Source of the DNA: Polymyxa betae A26-41
Lineage: Eukaryota; Protista; Endomyxa: Phytomyxea
DNA: 64,000 nucleotides
Assembly (NCBI GenBank): GCA_003693705.1
Contig: RBZT01000261.1
Span: forward strand, 29,667 to 93,666
Direction of reading: 5' to 3'
This document shows positions 1-13,673 of this stretch, in pieces. Position 1 is the first letter of the stretch. Every line of letters starts with the position of its first letter. A program made the translations under genes and the position numbers. The notes beneath the pieces were generated by a model. That model saw only the letters and a list, made by a program, of their open reading frames with translations. It did no database searches and was not told the origin of the DNA.

Positions 1-3000
1 AGTGAGGTCACGTTCACAAACATTGCAAAAGCAAAGTTGCTTGATGTAGTTATGAGGTCGCTATTGGCAACTGAGAAATTGTAATGTGGCTTAGTCGGAG
101 ACAAAATCAGGCTAACTCCTGCTGGAAAGGGATTCGGTGTTGAGATAGGGGCCGAGGACTGGAAATGAGGGGAGGAGGGAGCTTGTGAGTACATTATTGG
201 CGGGCCTGAAACCAAATTCTGGTACATTAATCTGTAAGTTTGGAGCTGACCCAAAGACAGTTGTGTTGACCAAAATTCCATGTAAGCCACGCGACATGAG
301 AGCGGAATTGAAGCATTATCAGCGCCACCTAAATAAATCTGGTCGGTGTTCAGAATTGCATGTGGGTCGATCAACGCGTGCGCTTCTATCAGCGGAGTGA
401 AGGAGTTGAAAAAGACGGTCTAAGCAACATAGCTCATTGCATAATCGTTTAACCAAAGAAGGGTCTCTTGACCTGTTGATAGCATTTAGCAAAGCGTCCT
501 GCTACTGTGAATGCTGCGAATATCCAGCTATTAATGGCGACTGGCAGAGGGCAGGTTAAAAGGAACTCTACATCGCCACCGCTGCCATACGAAGACAGCA
601 TTAGCCTACCATTGTATAATCAACATTTATAAAATCATAGATATGATAACCGTACCGGCTCGACGAATCCAGTTCCACAACTGGATATGCATAAAAATTT
701 CCAGGAGTCTGAACTTTTAGTAGAATGGACCGATTCAAAGCTGTTGTGATATTGGCAAAGAAAGCAAACGTAAAGTTTGAAGAGCTGCTCATGGACACCT
801 GGCCCGAACCCAAAAGAAAATACAAGCTGGGGGTGGCAGGAGCAGTAACAAGGGGTATTCCAGGTGGAGGGAAATCTGTTTCAAATTGCGGCCATGGTGT
901 CGGCTGAAATTGTACTTTCTTGGGCAACCAATCACTTAGCAAGAACTGTTGCTGATAATAGCGGTAGGCATCTAGCTGCCACCCACTAACAGCGAACGCC
1001 CAGTAAGAGAACGATAAAATGCACCCCTTCATCGGCAGCGCGGTAAAGCTTGAGTTATTGCTCATTACACCTAGATAGATTTTGTTTTGTGGATTGAATG
1101 GGGCTGTCATCACCGCATAGGCAACTGAAGCTAATGGTTGAATTGGATATTGATCGACAATCTATAAAGTGCTACCAATTAGAAAATATAAAGCAATGGC
1201 GCATCAGTAACCTGTTGATAGCATACGATTTGATTGGCTGTCCAAGTCACACCGATAAATATCATTCTCTGTGTACTCACTTTCAAGGGACACGGTAGCG
1301 AACTGAGCAATCGGCCGTCGGGCTCTTTAACCACCACTGCAATGCTGTAAAGAAAACAGTTAGGTGCCGATAACTCTAACAGCAGTACTCTAGGCTACCT
1401 TGCATTGGTGATCTGCAAGGCTGTGAAGGTTGAGTTTGGTGACCTGATTTCAAGGATAACCGAATCAATTTGTAACGAGATGTTCATGAACATTGCCAAT
1501 GTGAAATTTCTGCTTGCACTTAGATTCAACGAAGGGCCCATAATGAGATCATAGTCTGGCAACACAGGTCCTGTTGCCAGTTTGTTGGCAGTAGACAAAG
1601 GCTCGATTTGGTCAGCGGGGTTCAGAATGCCACTGACCAAAGTAGGTGAGAATCGGGCTTTCATCATGTTCCTATATTCGCCAATTCCAGATGCATTCAA
1701 ACTGAAAGGCCAGAAAGCGAAGGAAGCAACTAATCCGCCAACGAAACCGAAATTATCAACATTAAAGCCTCCGCCAAGAAATATTGAATCGCTATTCAAA
1801 AACGGGACCAGTTGGACAGTTTCTTGTGTAATTTGCATGACAGGATCTGCGACTGGGCTAATTTTCTGATCCACACTGTTCAGAGTGATGCCAGAAATAC
1901 TGTGTAGACTTACTTGAAGATAACATGTCATTACATTGCTTGACAAAGATATACCAAGAAAATACCACATTCCTGGCTGAATTCGTTTTCCACATGGTAT
2001 ACCCAAACTGTGAGTTAGGGTATTACTTATGTAAACCCATATCCTAGATAACCTTTGATTTAGTTTTTGAAATGAAATGTTCTGGATGCTTACAGGCCAG
2101 TTTCTAGCAGCAGTGCTCTAGGCTGAAACTTCGCATATGGCGTCGAACCGGATATCGGTGAATGAACATCGAAAATAATCCCGGTTTCCAGTGCAGTGAT
2201 ATTTAAAAACATAGCAAAGGTGACATTTTGAGAACGGCTGAGATCCAAACCGGTTCCAATCGGACCTTGCAAATTTTGAGGCCGGTCGACGAGGATAGAT
2301 CCATTAAAAGGCATTCTAAAGTTAAAAGTATGATTGAACGGGCCATGGTTTTGCGAATGTTTGAATAAACTAGACATCCCCAAGTTGGCATACTCTACCA
2401 ATTTTGTAGTGGTTAAGACAGAAGAGAACAAAGAGAAATATCCGACGTCGGCGTCTACCGGGACGAACCCATAGCTATTGTAATCTCCGCCCAAATAAAT
2501 TCGATCCGTTGGAGCAAATGCTATTTGCCCAAACTCCAAATCCGAGACAGAAAGTACTGAGACAGAGCCATTCAGAACCTATTCACGATTGAAGTAAGAA
2601 ATTAAATTGCAGATTCCTAACAAGCTAGCAATGGTAACTCACGGCTTGATAGCACAAGGTCTGACCTGGTCTAATAGTGACAGCCAAATAACTCCAGGCA
2701 CCAGAGACCACATAATCTGGACATCTTAATCCGGGATAACCTAGATTAATTGACCCAATCCAAATGCTAAAAGTTGCAAACGTCAGAATCCCGTTAATCA
2801 CAAAAATCGCTACGCTTGAACCTTCCAAATGCATCCACCTGCAGAAATGGGTAGATTGAATACGTAGGACTGCTTGTTGGAGTATGCACATCAAGAATGG
2901 TCCGAATTGACGATGGTACTGTGGCTACTCTGTAGAAGAATGCAAAGGTAACCTCCGTCAAGCGAGATAAATCGAGGAAATTGCCAATAGTGAAATTGAA

Positions 3001-4197
3001 TCGTGGTTGGGTTGCGTTCCGTAGTATTGTCACATTAAAATCTGATGAGAATGAGGCTGCTGTAGACGGAACTTGTGTTGCCGGATTCAATGTTGGCGTA
3101 TTTGTTGGAAGCTGTCCAGAAGTTAACACTGTCGAATGCCGAGTTGTTGGGTGCCGAGTCGTTGGCCGTCCAGTTGTTGGTCCTCGAGTAGTCCGTCTTC
3201 GAGTGGTTGGCTTCCTCGTAGTTGGCTTCCGAGTTGTCAGTTTCCGGGTCGTCGATTTCCTAGTGGTTGATTTTAGAGTTGTCGGCTTTCGGGTTGTTGG
3301 TTTTGGTGTCTTTTTTCGAGTCGTCGGTTTCCTAGTTGTTCTTATTGGAGTTGTCGGCTTTCGTGTTGTTGGTTTTCGAGTTGTCTGTTTTTTGGTCGTC
3401 GGCTTATGAGTCGTGGGTTTTCGAGTCGTTTTTCTTCGAGTAGTGGGCTTTCGGGTGGTCGGCTCATGAGTTGTGGGTTTTCGAGTCGTTTTTCTTCGAG
3501 TAGTGGGCTTTCGGGTGGTCGGCTTCCGAGAACTTGGTTTTCGAGTTGTTCGTCTCGAAGTCACTGGCTTTCGAGTGGTTCCCTTCACCGTCGGCTGTCG
3601 GGTTGTTAGCCTTTTCGTTGCCAGTTTGGTGGTCGGCATTCGAGTTGTTGATTTTTTCGTCGCTCTCCGGCTGGTAATGGCGGGCTTCTTTGTCGTGCTA
3701 ATTCTTGGTGTTTGCAGTACTGCAGTTATGAACCCTTTCCATCCAGAAAATTGCCCAAACGAATTCGTGTTAAATTGTAATTGAGCCCGATTCGAAAAAG
3801 TTGAATAAAACTGTGTTGGGACGGTTGGCGTCCCATTCAATGATGCAAGCATTACATAAGATGTTGCCGTATCAAAAAATCTGACAACATCAGCCCCGCG
3901 CTCGGTGTTAAATTCCACAAAAGTGATTCGAATGACATATCCGGGTGGAGAAGTGATGTTTAGCCGACATTTCGTGTTGGGTAAATATGCAGGTAGGCTG
4001 AAATCCTGACTAGTAATGGCCGTCCACTCATTTGGTTGGGCAGAGACGACTGATGTCGAATTCAAAGTACATGATACATAGCTTGTCAAAGCACATTGTG
4101 GTTGCGATGTCTGCGAACTGACAATTTTAAGATATACAATGGCGAAGATCACCCATTTCCTGAGTACTGAAATTCCGAGGCCAATATTCTTCACCAT
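1..4197 (-). CDS. Large secreted protein: signal peptide, CUB domain, basic Thr-rich (K/R)PTTR linker, at least 4-5 LamG/concanavalin-like repeats; multi-exon, runs off the left edge
   Basis: ATG at 4197 with a hydrophobic N-terminus. CUB motif YLPNTKCRLNITSPPGYVIRITFVEFNTERGADVVRFFD. A repeated unit (LDLS...TFAMF...W.YL...IYLGG...F..W) recurs in ORFs 2794-4197, 2090-2539, 1395-2006 and 601-1113. Confidence 0.75.
3130..3700 (-). repeat. Degenerate 15-bp coding tandem repeat encoding (K/R)PTTR, including a near-perfect 60-bp duplication at about 3406-3525
   Basis: Visible directly: TTRKPTTRKPTTRRKTTRKP in the translation; gggttttcgagtcgtttttcttcgagtagtgggctttcgggtggtcggct occurs twice. Confidence 0.95.
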
Positions 4198-4338
4198 AGG
4201 CCATTAATCAAACAAATTGAGTTGAAAACAAATTCGGATTCTTGTCTCTGTCTGAAATCTGGAACAGAAAAACGATCACTTGGTACACACTGACAGACTG
4301 ATCAGATGTCATTATCCTTTGTATCGTCGGAGTCAGAG

Positions 4339-5332
4339 TTATACTGGCCCGGCACCCGGTCTACTTTTGAACAGACCCTGCTTGCTGCTGGTATCGGCTC
4401 GTTGAGGAACTGAAGAATGAGGCTAGATGGAACTTATTTAAGCATCGCCATAACACAGATTAGCCTTTATTTTTTTCAAGTGAAGCATGAATCAGGTCGT
4501 ACAGCTCTCTGGCTTGACCAGATAACGAGCGATTGGCAAAGCCATGGATCGCATTAAAATCCAAAACGATATGCTCAGCTCCCGGTTGTGAACAAAACCC
4601 GCCAGCGATAGGCGGCTCTTGCTGAGGTTTTCGATTTAGATTCCATTCCAGGACTGGAAAGAAAAAACTTACTTCATCAATGACTTTTGCAGCAGTCATC
4701 TTCTGTTGACTCTCTAAAATCGCTTCTTTCCTCAAGATCGCATCAGTTGCAGATGAATCAGTATAATCTTTATGGACAAAACAGCCGCAGAAGAAACAAG
4801 GACCTGATGAAACCAGTTCAGTTCAAAACATGAAAATCCTATAAGGAAGGCAACTTACCTTCCCCTTCAACAGTACAAAGAATTCGACCGCATGATAAAC
4901 AATTTGAGAATACTTCATGCTGCGTTCCAAAGCAATCACATGACGTCCTATCTGGAGCGACAACTTCAACTTAAAAATATTTCTTATACAACAAACCGTA
5001 TGATTACTTCTATTTTGCTTTTTAGGTTTATTTGACTGGACTTTTCGAATAACCAGTCCTTTACCACGATTAGGATCTTGGATATTTGAGTGCTGCTCTG
5101 CCTGCTTTTTCTTGCTGTGATGATGCTTTTTTTGGTACAAACGGTTAGCCAGTTCATCAATAAAATCAGGCGATTCGTCGCCAACTATTTCATTGCAGTA
5201 GGCCAGCAATTCGTCCCTATTGCCAATGGCGTACAGGATATGGTCAGCGATTCCATCTACGTCGCTGAACCCCAGGATAGTCTGCAGCTGCATACAGATC
5301 CATTGCCGATGTTGAACCCGGGGATCTTCCAT
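4339..5332 (-). CDS. TRIP4: Activating signal cointegrator 1 / Rqt4-like C2HC5 zinc-finger protein; 3' end uncertain
   Basis: N-terminal PWI-like helical region (LQTILGFSDVDGIADHIL). The spliced exons read RSCDCFGTQHEVFSNCLSCGRILCTVEG...GPCFFCG, the zf-C2HC5 signature, followed by ...KVIDE. Confidence 0.8.
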
Positions 5333-5715
5333 GACAATTCACAATGCCGCTATAGCAAATCTGACAGCTCGCACAAATACGCAGCTGTGAAATGGCATTA
5401 AAAGATGAAAGCAAAGATGTGGCTCAGTGAGAAACTCATTCAATCCGAAAAATGTCCCAAATTCGAAGATATAATCGGTACTAGACAAGTGGTACTGCTT
5501 AATGTCAAACCACTGCTCACCTCATTCCTGCGATCCATTCTCAGATCACAGTATAGAAGCGCGTGGATTACATACTGGAGTGTTTCCATTGATGGATACT
5601 GTTCGATCGGAAGCTGCTATAGGCACGAGATCAGTCGTTGCCTGGATATCTTGTTGCTGTTGGGCAAAGGGTGAAGTGCTCGACTGGGTAGCGAGACCGT
5701 CTGGGTAGCCAGCCA

Positions 5716-8700
5716 ATGGCTCGCCTGCTACGACTTGCTAAGCATCATGGAGTGCAGCCAGATCATATAGACTTCAGTATTCAGATCCATTCATTGGAAC
5801 TATCGACCAATATGGAAGATAGAGTCCAGGTCATCATTAGTCGAGGATCGAAAGCCTGGCCTGGAGCCGTCGTATCTTCTGTTAGCAAAGATGGACATTG
5901 GCAGTTTCTCTGGAATTCGCCTATTCAGATCACTTCCAGTATGTTCCCTAGCAAAAAGGGTCCAAGAAAGTATGACGTCAAGGCTGCAAAGATTATATTT
6001 AAACGCATCACGAAGAATAGCGCGAAAACGTTTGGTGAAATTGAGCTTGATTTATCGGAATTCTGTGAAGCCGAACATAATAATCGATTGCAACGGCCGC
6101 TTCATAAATGCAGTGATAAATATGCTCAAGTTGATTTTACAATCACGTCATTGATAAGCCAAAGAGATGTCAGTCCATCAATGATGTGAGTACTACGTTT
6201 TCACTCGTGAAGGCATCTCTGATCAAGTGTAAACCCTTTCAGAGACGACGAATCGATGGCATTGACCCCGGAGCAGAGCCAGATTGAGAACGAGGCAGTT
6301 TATTCGTCTCAGTCGTTGGCTTCTGTCCAACAAGCGTTCACCAGACAAGAAAACGGATCGAACTTAGCCAGCAAGAAGCCTGAGGAACAGCCAAATTCTA
6401 ACGATGGCAGCAAACAATCGACGCAATCTGTCCAGCTCCTAATCGCTTTGAAAGATGATAGTATTAGCAGATTACGGAAGAAGGTGGATGAACTAGAACT
6501 TATCAATAAGTCTGCAATGGGCTTAGTCAACCGTGTCAACGAACTCGAAGAGCAATTGAACAGCAAAACGAAAGCCTACGATCAGCTTAAGCTAAATTCG
6601 CTGATGATGGAAAAGCTGCTTGCAGACGCTAATGCTAAAGTGGAAGACTTGGTGAAAGACAGCGATTCTGATGATGAGAATGTCAAGGATGCTCTTACAG
6701 AAAATATCGGCCCTGCTCCTTCGGTAAGAATCGTGATTTTTCTTGACCCATCGCTGAAGGTTTAACAGAATGACGAACTGCTAAAGCTATCACAAGAGAA
6801 AGAGCAACTATTAGCTGAAATCGCTAACTCAAAGCTTGACATGGCTTCACTTGAGGAATCTTACCGAAAAGAAGTGGTTGGTAGCCCTTATTCCAGTGAC
6901 TCTAGATTTAGACATTCTGCTTCTTCGCAAAGATGTTTCCTGTTTTCTGCATGAACTGTGTATAGGTTCTTGGACTGATTATCGCGTAGGGCGACCTCAA
7001 GTCAGAGTTGAATCAGGCAAGGAATGAAAGGAACGATGCTTCCAACAAGTTAAATGAAATTCAAAAGAGTAGCAAAGAATCTGAACTGATGGAAGCTCTT
7101 GAATTAGAAAAAGTGTCTTGTGAATCACTCAGAGGGATTATTCGTCTTTTACAAGAGAAGTCTACAGAGCAAGAAAGCATGCTCGTGAAATTGCATGAAA
7201 GTAGTGAGCAAGAGATTTCAAAGATGAAGGAAAAGCTCCTGCAACTCGAGCAGGAGAAGGAAGCAGCTTCTCAGGATGCAAAACTGTTGAAATGTGAGAA
7301 CACCAGCATTAAGAATAGTTTGGAGCAAAGTGAGGTTGCTGCCAAACAATTACTGAGTGAGACTGATGAACTCAAACGATCAGTTTTGGTGGAGACTCAA
7401 AACTTGGAAAGGGCAAAGGAAGAATTTAAATCGAATTTGGATTCGCTCACCTCTAGTAACAAAACGGATGCTGATCGTGCTTTAACTGAAGAACGTCGTC
7501 GTTTTGCGTTAAAGGTTGAAGAACTGTCAAGTCAAATCCGAACAAACAATGCTGTTATTGGCAACCTGAGGCAAAGCATAGTCCATCTCGAACATAAGCT
7601 TTCAGAAGCTGAAGAGACGATTAGAAACAACGCATCAAATTCTGAGAGGCAGATGGCAATTGTTCGTGACGTCTCTGAATCTTATCATCAATCGGAATCC
7701 ACTTTAAAGCAGCTGATCGCGTTTCAAAGCTCTTCTTCCGGTCTCCAGGATCAATTTGCTCTAATCGAGAAGCTGATGTCGGAAGCAACTTCTGTCGACA
7801 TCAAGCGTCGGGATACAGAGCTAAACCAAAACGAGCTCATTCAAAGGTTAACAGAGAAGATCCAGGACCAAAGCAATGCTCTCTCAATATGTGAGCGCTA
7901 CCGGTACGAATCACTCAAAGCGTATAAAGCCAAGATGTCGACCATGATGGCGGAACATTTGTCCCAAATCGATAGCTTAAACAATCGCATTGCTGAATAT
8001 CAGCAGATTATCAATCTGTCCAACAACAATGATCTTGGAGAAATCAATGCACTCAACAACCAAGTCGCCAGTCTAAAGCAGCAAATAATCAATGATAGGC
8101 ACAGTATCATCTCAAGTCTAGGATCTGCTTCTTCGTCAGCTCAAGAGCTCAGCCATGATATCTGTGAACTTGTGCATTCATTTTACACTCGCGATTATCT
8201 TCCTTCTGAGAATACTACAATAGTTACTGAAGCAACTAATGATGCGTTTTTCGTGATCTCATGTCTGCAAGCAAACAACGAAGCATTACAGCGGCTTCTT
8301 AATATCGAAACGGAGCGGTCAGTTATGCATCGCGATCGCTTACAACGAAAAATGGGCTCTATGAGAGATGAAGTTGAGCATTTGGAGGCCAAAGTGTACG
8401 AAGGTTACAAAGAGGGACAACGACTTGAGGTTGGAGGATTTTATCGAATATTGCTGCTCAACTAATCGAGTATGTAGTCTGAAGTGGATAAATTTCGAAA
8501 CCAATATGATGAAGCTCAATCCATCATTCGAACGTTGCAGCAAAAAGTCGATCTTATGGAGAAATCTGCTCTGGCAGACCAAGCTAAATTCAATCAGGTA
8601 ATGGCTAAATATGAAAAAGCGTGCATTGAGCGAGATCATATTATTCGTGATTTTATTGGTCAACAAATGGAATATTCTGATTTGTACGACCTGCACGTTC

Positions 8701-11386
8701 ACAAACTCTCTTTGTCTGCAGCATCGCTACAAACAGAAACTCAAATTGAAGATACATCATTGATAATATATTTGGACGATTTTAATTCAAGGCACGACCG
8801 GATAAAGAATGAGCTTGACACTATAAGATGCGGATTGAACAATACTCTGGGCGCTTTCTTGGTAAGAGAAGAAGCCACTTGGGATTTGAATGTTGACAGA
8901 TTCGTCTAGGCTAATCATCACCAACTGGCTTCCCGAAAAACTGAATTAGAGAAGCTGACGTCTTTTCTGGATTCTGAGCTAAAACGGGTTAATGGCGAAA
9001 CTACTTCTTCGCAAAGTGCCCTCCAATCGACTGAAAATTTGCTTCATGAAGAACGCGATTCATCAAAGCACGCCCAGATGAGGATCCAGCAGTTGGAACA
9101 GACAACCGCCTCACAAGCTGCTGTTCTGTTTAAGTCTACTGCATTGCTCCATCTATATGATCACGAACGCGAACGATTCGTGCAAACTATAGAGAGTTTA
9201 GAAGCTGATGTCGCAGAACTTTCCACCTGTTTAATCGGCCGGGAAGCTGTTTTATCATCTAATCTTCAGACAAAGGAGCTCGAGAGATGGCAGATTGTCG
9301 ATCAACTTGATGCAATTTCTGAGCAGCAGCACAGACATGACTGGAATTTGACTGGGTTGATGGGTGTCTGTTCCAATGAAAATCGCCAGCTACGACACGA
9401 TATCAAGATGCAACAAAACAGGAACCAAAGACATGTAGATGAACTTTACCAGAGTCTTATCACATCTCAAAAGGAGAAAGTCGATTCTGAGAAGCAATCC
9501 AATAATGTCATCATGCATTTGGAAAGTGATATCGAGCATTTGAAAGAGGAATTGGCTCAATCTCAGCAACATACAACTGATAACATCGACTCTATGAAAG
9601 CTCGAACTCAACTTGATATGAATAAGATTGCTGAACTTCAATGCGAGCTTCAGAGACTAAACGAAGAGACAGACGCCCGTGTAGCTAGATACGAGAGCAG
9701 CATCGCTTCAAATGCAGAGGAGCTCAGACAGAAATTCGAAAATTTTGAAAAATCCACGTTTGAGCTGAAAGTAACTCTTAAAGCAAAGGAGGACTTATTG
9801 GATGAGCTCCAAGGCGAATTGGATGACCAGCAGAAAGAAATCAACCAAATTCAAAGCGAGCTTTTGGAAGAACGATCACGCGGTGTGAGATTGCAAGAAG
9901 AATATCAAAACAAAATTCGCTTACAATCAGGAGAGTGGACAGCAAAAACACAAGAATATGAGAACCTGATTAATGGTTTAAGAGCGGCTTTACTGGAAAA
10001 TGAATGCCTTATGAGGCAACTACAAACTGATCTTGGAGACCTGAAAATGGACATTGAAAGAGATCGATCCTGTATGGTTAAATTGCAGGAAGATAGAGAT
10101 GCGACGATAGCTCAATATGAATGCCGACTTCGTCTACAGTCAGAAGAATGGACTACGAAATCGCAAAATCGTGAACATTCGCTATCTGTATTACGAACGG
10201 CGTTAAGAGACAATGAAGTTTTTGTGGAGAAGTTACAAAATGATCAAACGAGTCAAGATGAGAAAATCAAAAATTATGAAATGTCGATAACTGGATTGAA
10301 AACGACCTTGGAACAGAAAGATCAGTTTGTGGAAAAACTGCAAAGCAATTTGATGAAACAAAATGAGATATTAGACCAGATGAAAGACGAAATTGAGAAA
10401 AGGATCAGCCATCAGGTCGATCGGTCAAACCGCCCTGCTATCTCGCTCTTTGTTTTTGTTGTTGTTATTTTGAAACCGTGACCAATTAAATACTTTGAGT
10501 TGAGCTTAATGGATTTTATTTTAGGTGGAATCTGAAAAGCAGCATCTCGAAGCCAAGCAGAGATTCGAAAAATTACTGGAACAATACGAGGTATGATAGG
10601 GTCGATTGTCAAGCAAAGGTTCATATTAACTCGCTCTCAAGGAAATTAAGCGCTCTAAAGAAGAACAAGATAGACGTATCGCACACTACGAGCAACAAGA
10701 GTTAGACAGGGTAACATTTTGATCAACGTACAGATATCACACGACTTAACATCAAATAGAGGTCATCAAAGAGCGACCAGCTCACCGAATTAAGCAAAGC
10801 TCGATCGACCATCCAACAACTTGAATCGCAATTAGATGACTTAAGGAGCAATGATAATCAAGATATGTTGGTCACTAAGCAGAAGATTTCTGAATTGGAG
10901 CAAGAACTTTTAGTTTCACAGCAAAGCTTACAAGATCAAATCCAAGAACTAAAGTCAGCCCATCAAAGTTCGGAAGAAGAACTGCATAAAGCTCGTTCGA
11001 TAATTTCCGTTCTAGAGGAAGAGCTTCAGAATTGGAAGCAGCAAAGACAAGAACAAAACAGAGAGGTTCAAGCGGTTGAAGAAACCTTGACGCGGGCAAG
11101 ATATCCTGATGCAGTACAAGCTGAACAAGTCGCACCATGTTCAGATGATGGAAAAAGTCTGAGGCATTTGATATCTGAAAAAGATCAGGAAATCGAACGG
11201 CTACGAATGAGTTTTGAAGATATCCAAAAACTGAATAAGCATCTGGAAGAGCGATTAGTGAATACCAACGTCCGCATGAGCCAGATGCAAGACGAGGAGA
11301 ACCAGCTCGAGGAACAGATCAAGACGCTGGAAGCTGTCTTAGACGACGTTGTTAAACAGAAAACAATGCAGGTGAAGAAGAAATAA
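5716..11386 (+). CDS. N-terminal C2 (NT-C2, EEIG1/EHBP1-type) domain protein with a very long coiled coil; last exon unresolved
   Basis: First exon FSIQIHSLEL...W...ITSSMF...YDVKAAKI...FGEIELDLSEF matches the NT-C2 pattern. It is followed by E/K/Q/L-rich heptad ORFs (6256, 7008, 8484, 9039, 10865) joined by short GT-AG introns. Confidence 0.8.
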
Positions 11387-13673
11387 AACCTTCCAACATC
11401 TCTCTGAAGCGTCATTTCATTCGTTACGGCATTCGTCTGAAGAGCCCATGTAACAGAGTAGCGTAGATAGCGTCAGGAAGGAGGCCGGAGTCGGGGACCC
11501 CGTGACCCCATGGGGTCATGACTATCGGGAGGGGTGGCCTGTTGCGTAACGTCAATCATCTCGAAGATGGGCAGCAGACTGCTGGGCTGTTTGATGACTC
11601 CATCACAGCCAGGTGGTGTCCCTGCTACACCCAATACTCATTCGTCTGTACATTCGCGATCTGCCAGTGCCAAACAACCCAGTCCGACAGAACTCGGTCC
11701 TGCTGCCACCCAGCCATCGGTAACCGCTGATATTTCTGCCATGTAAATGTTCTGGGCTAAGGCAGCCTTAGCCGCATCCAAATAAACAAACTGCTCAGCT
11801 CCAGCAATCTCCTTGTCAAAATGTAACAGTTTATAATTGCATACTTCTATGAATTCAATTGACATTTCTGCTTTAGAGCGATATCGTTAACAAAGCTAAA
11901 GATGAACAACGACAGATGAATGGTATCTTGGGCAAAAAAACGCACAGCATGTTTTCTGAAAGCACCAATAGGTGGGCCGCAATCGAAATCCCGAAATGCT
12001 TGCATACATTGCTGCGGTTGGCCTCCGCCTGCTTCTTTTTAATTGCTTGAAGTTAAACGACGCTTAGAGCGAAATCTTGAATGCACCGGATACCCAGGAC
12101 CATGCGCCTTTTGCCTGTCGATGAAACCTGATTCATTACAATGCACGTTTCCACTGAAGCGTAGCAGATCGGATCAACAGGGTGCTTATTTATCTGGAAG
12201 TATCTGCAGTGGTTTCGCTTTCTTTATCGCAATCTGAAGTTTCATTAAGATACGGTTTCGGCTGCCGCTGACGCTGAATCAGAAGATGACGAAGATGTTC
12301 CTGAAGAAGACCGCAAAAGATCCCGGTTTACTTCCCAAGTATTGACATGCTTTCACAGGCACTCTGGTTTTTGACATCGGATTCAGGTAAGCACCAAAAA
12401 CCCTCTGAATGCGGTGCCAAGCTGTGTCATGGGCCCGCAACCCATCGACAAATGGAATGTGGATATGCTGATTCATATAACCATCAATCAGGTTTGATTA
12501 AGCATAGTTTCTGAATTTCTTTCAAATCAATGCGAGTAGGTGATCGACGACCTGAGGGCTAACCACTTCTTACGACCATCCGTTGCTACAGCGTCTTCTT
12601 TCAGAAACCAGGTGCATTTTCCTTCTGTGGAACCTAAGATGCTGTGTGAACACGGTTTGTAGTGCTATTATCGTCACTGGATTGCTGTTGGAGTAGCAAC
12701 TTGGGTCACGACGTTGGGGCCTCTAAAAGCTGACGCTGAATTTAATGAATTTGCCAAACTGTTCTCCGTATGTTGATCTTGTCAATTGGCTTGAGTTCTG
12801 ACGGCCTTTCAGGCTCTCCAAGATGCAGGAACCCTTGAATCTGCTTGGAACTTAGATACTCTGGTGCTAAAGAAACTTTTCTGGCTTTCAGGTGCAGGTA
12901 GGATACCATACTCGGATCTTCGAACATTCACGTAGTTTCCCATAGGGTTTACAATACATGATCGAACTAAGAAATATTCTCCTCGAATGGTATTGCCTGA
13001 ATTCTGCCTGCTCTTAATGTGGATGGGTCCTGCCGATATGACTGGCATTGTTTCTGCTTCTGATGCTGTTTGCATGATTTACAATTGGATCACGGCTTCG
13101 AAGGACAGGTTAAAAAATCAATCACTGACATGCAGAAGTGAATCTCAAATGCTGCTTGCAGAGTTTGTGTATTTCAAGGGCTGTGCTCACGGCAGTCGGC
13201 AATCAGCACGCTTCGCTTCAGCTCGTTCAATTGTGTCTACCACTTAAACGAAGGAAGAATGGAATGCGGGCGGGAGTTTCCAGCAGATTATCGCATCGAG
13301 TTTTTCTGCAGAAATCTTGTGTGTACAAGCGCTGTGAATCAAGCAGGTACTGTACATTTACTGAACGGTCTGGCTGCTTTTGCAACTGAATGCTCTGAAG
13401 GCCTGCTTGGGCCCGACAGGGGGCCTGCTGCATTTCGTCACGATCTTATGGTCGACATTACGAAAGTCAACGACCTTGCTGCTCCTTCAGTGACACCATG
13501 CCCCAAACAGTGAACAATCAACTCTTCCTATTTATCAGGACGTGCGTCCATTACAAATTGCTATTCTATTTATCAATATCATTCTCTCTATTCCCACACA
13601 TATATTAATATTAAAGTATGGATTCGTTCACAATCGATTCAATGCGGAATATATGTGACATATAATGCGACAA

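Noticed and set aside
3130-3700. Regular repeats that could be taken for a CRISPR array
   Set aside because: They are in-frame coding repeats with no unique spacers, no cas genes are present, and the context is eukaryotic.
2981-3784. Val/Arg/Gly-rich plus-strand ORFs
   Set aside because: Antisense shadows of the KPTTR repeat.
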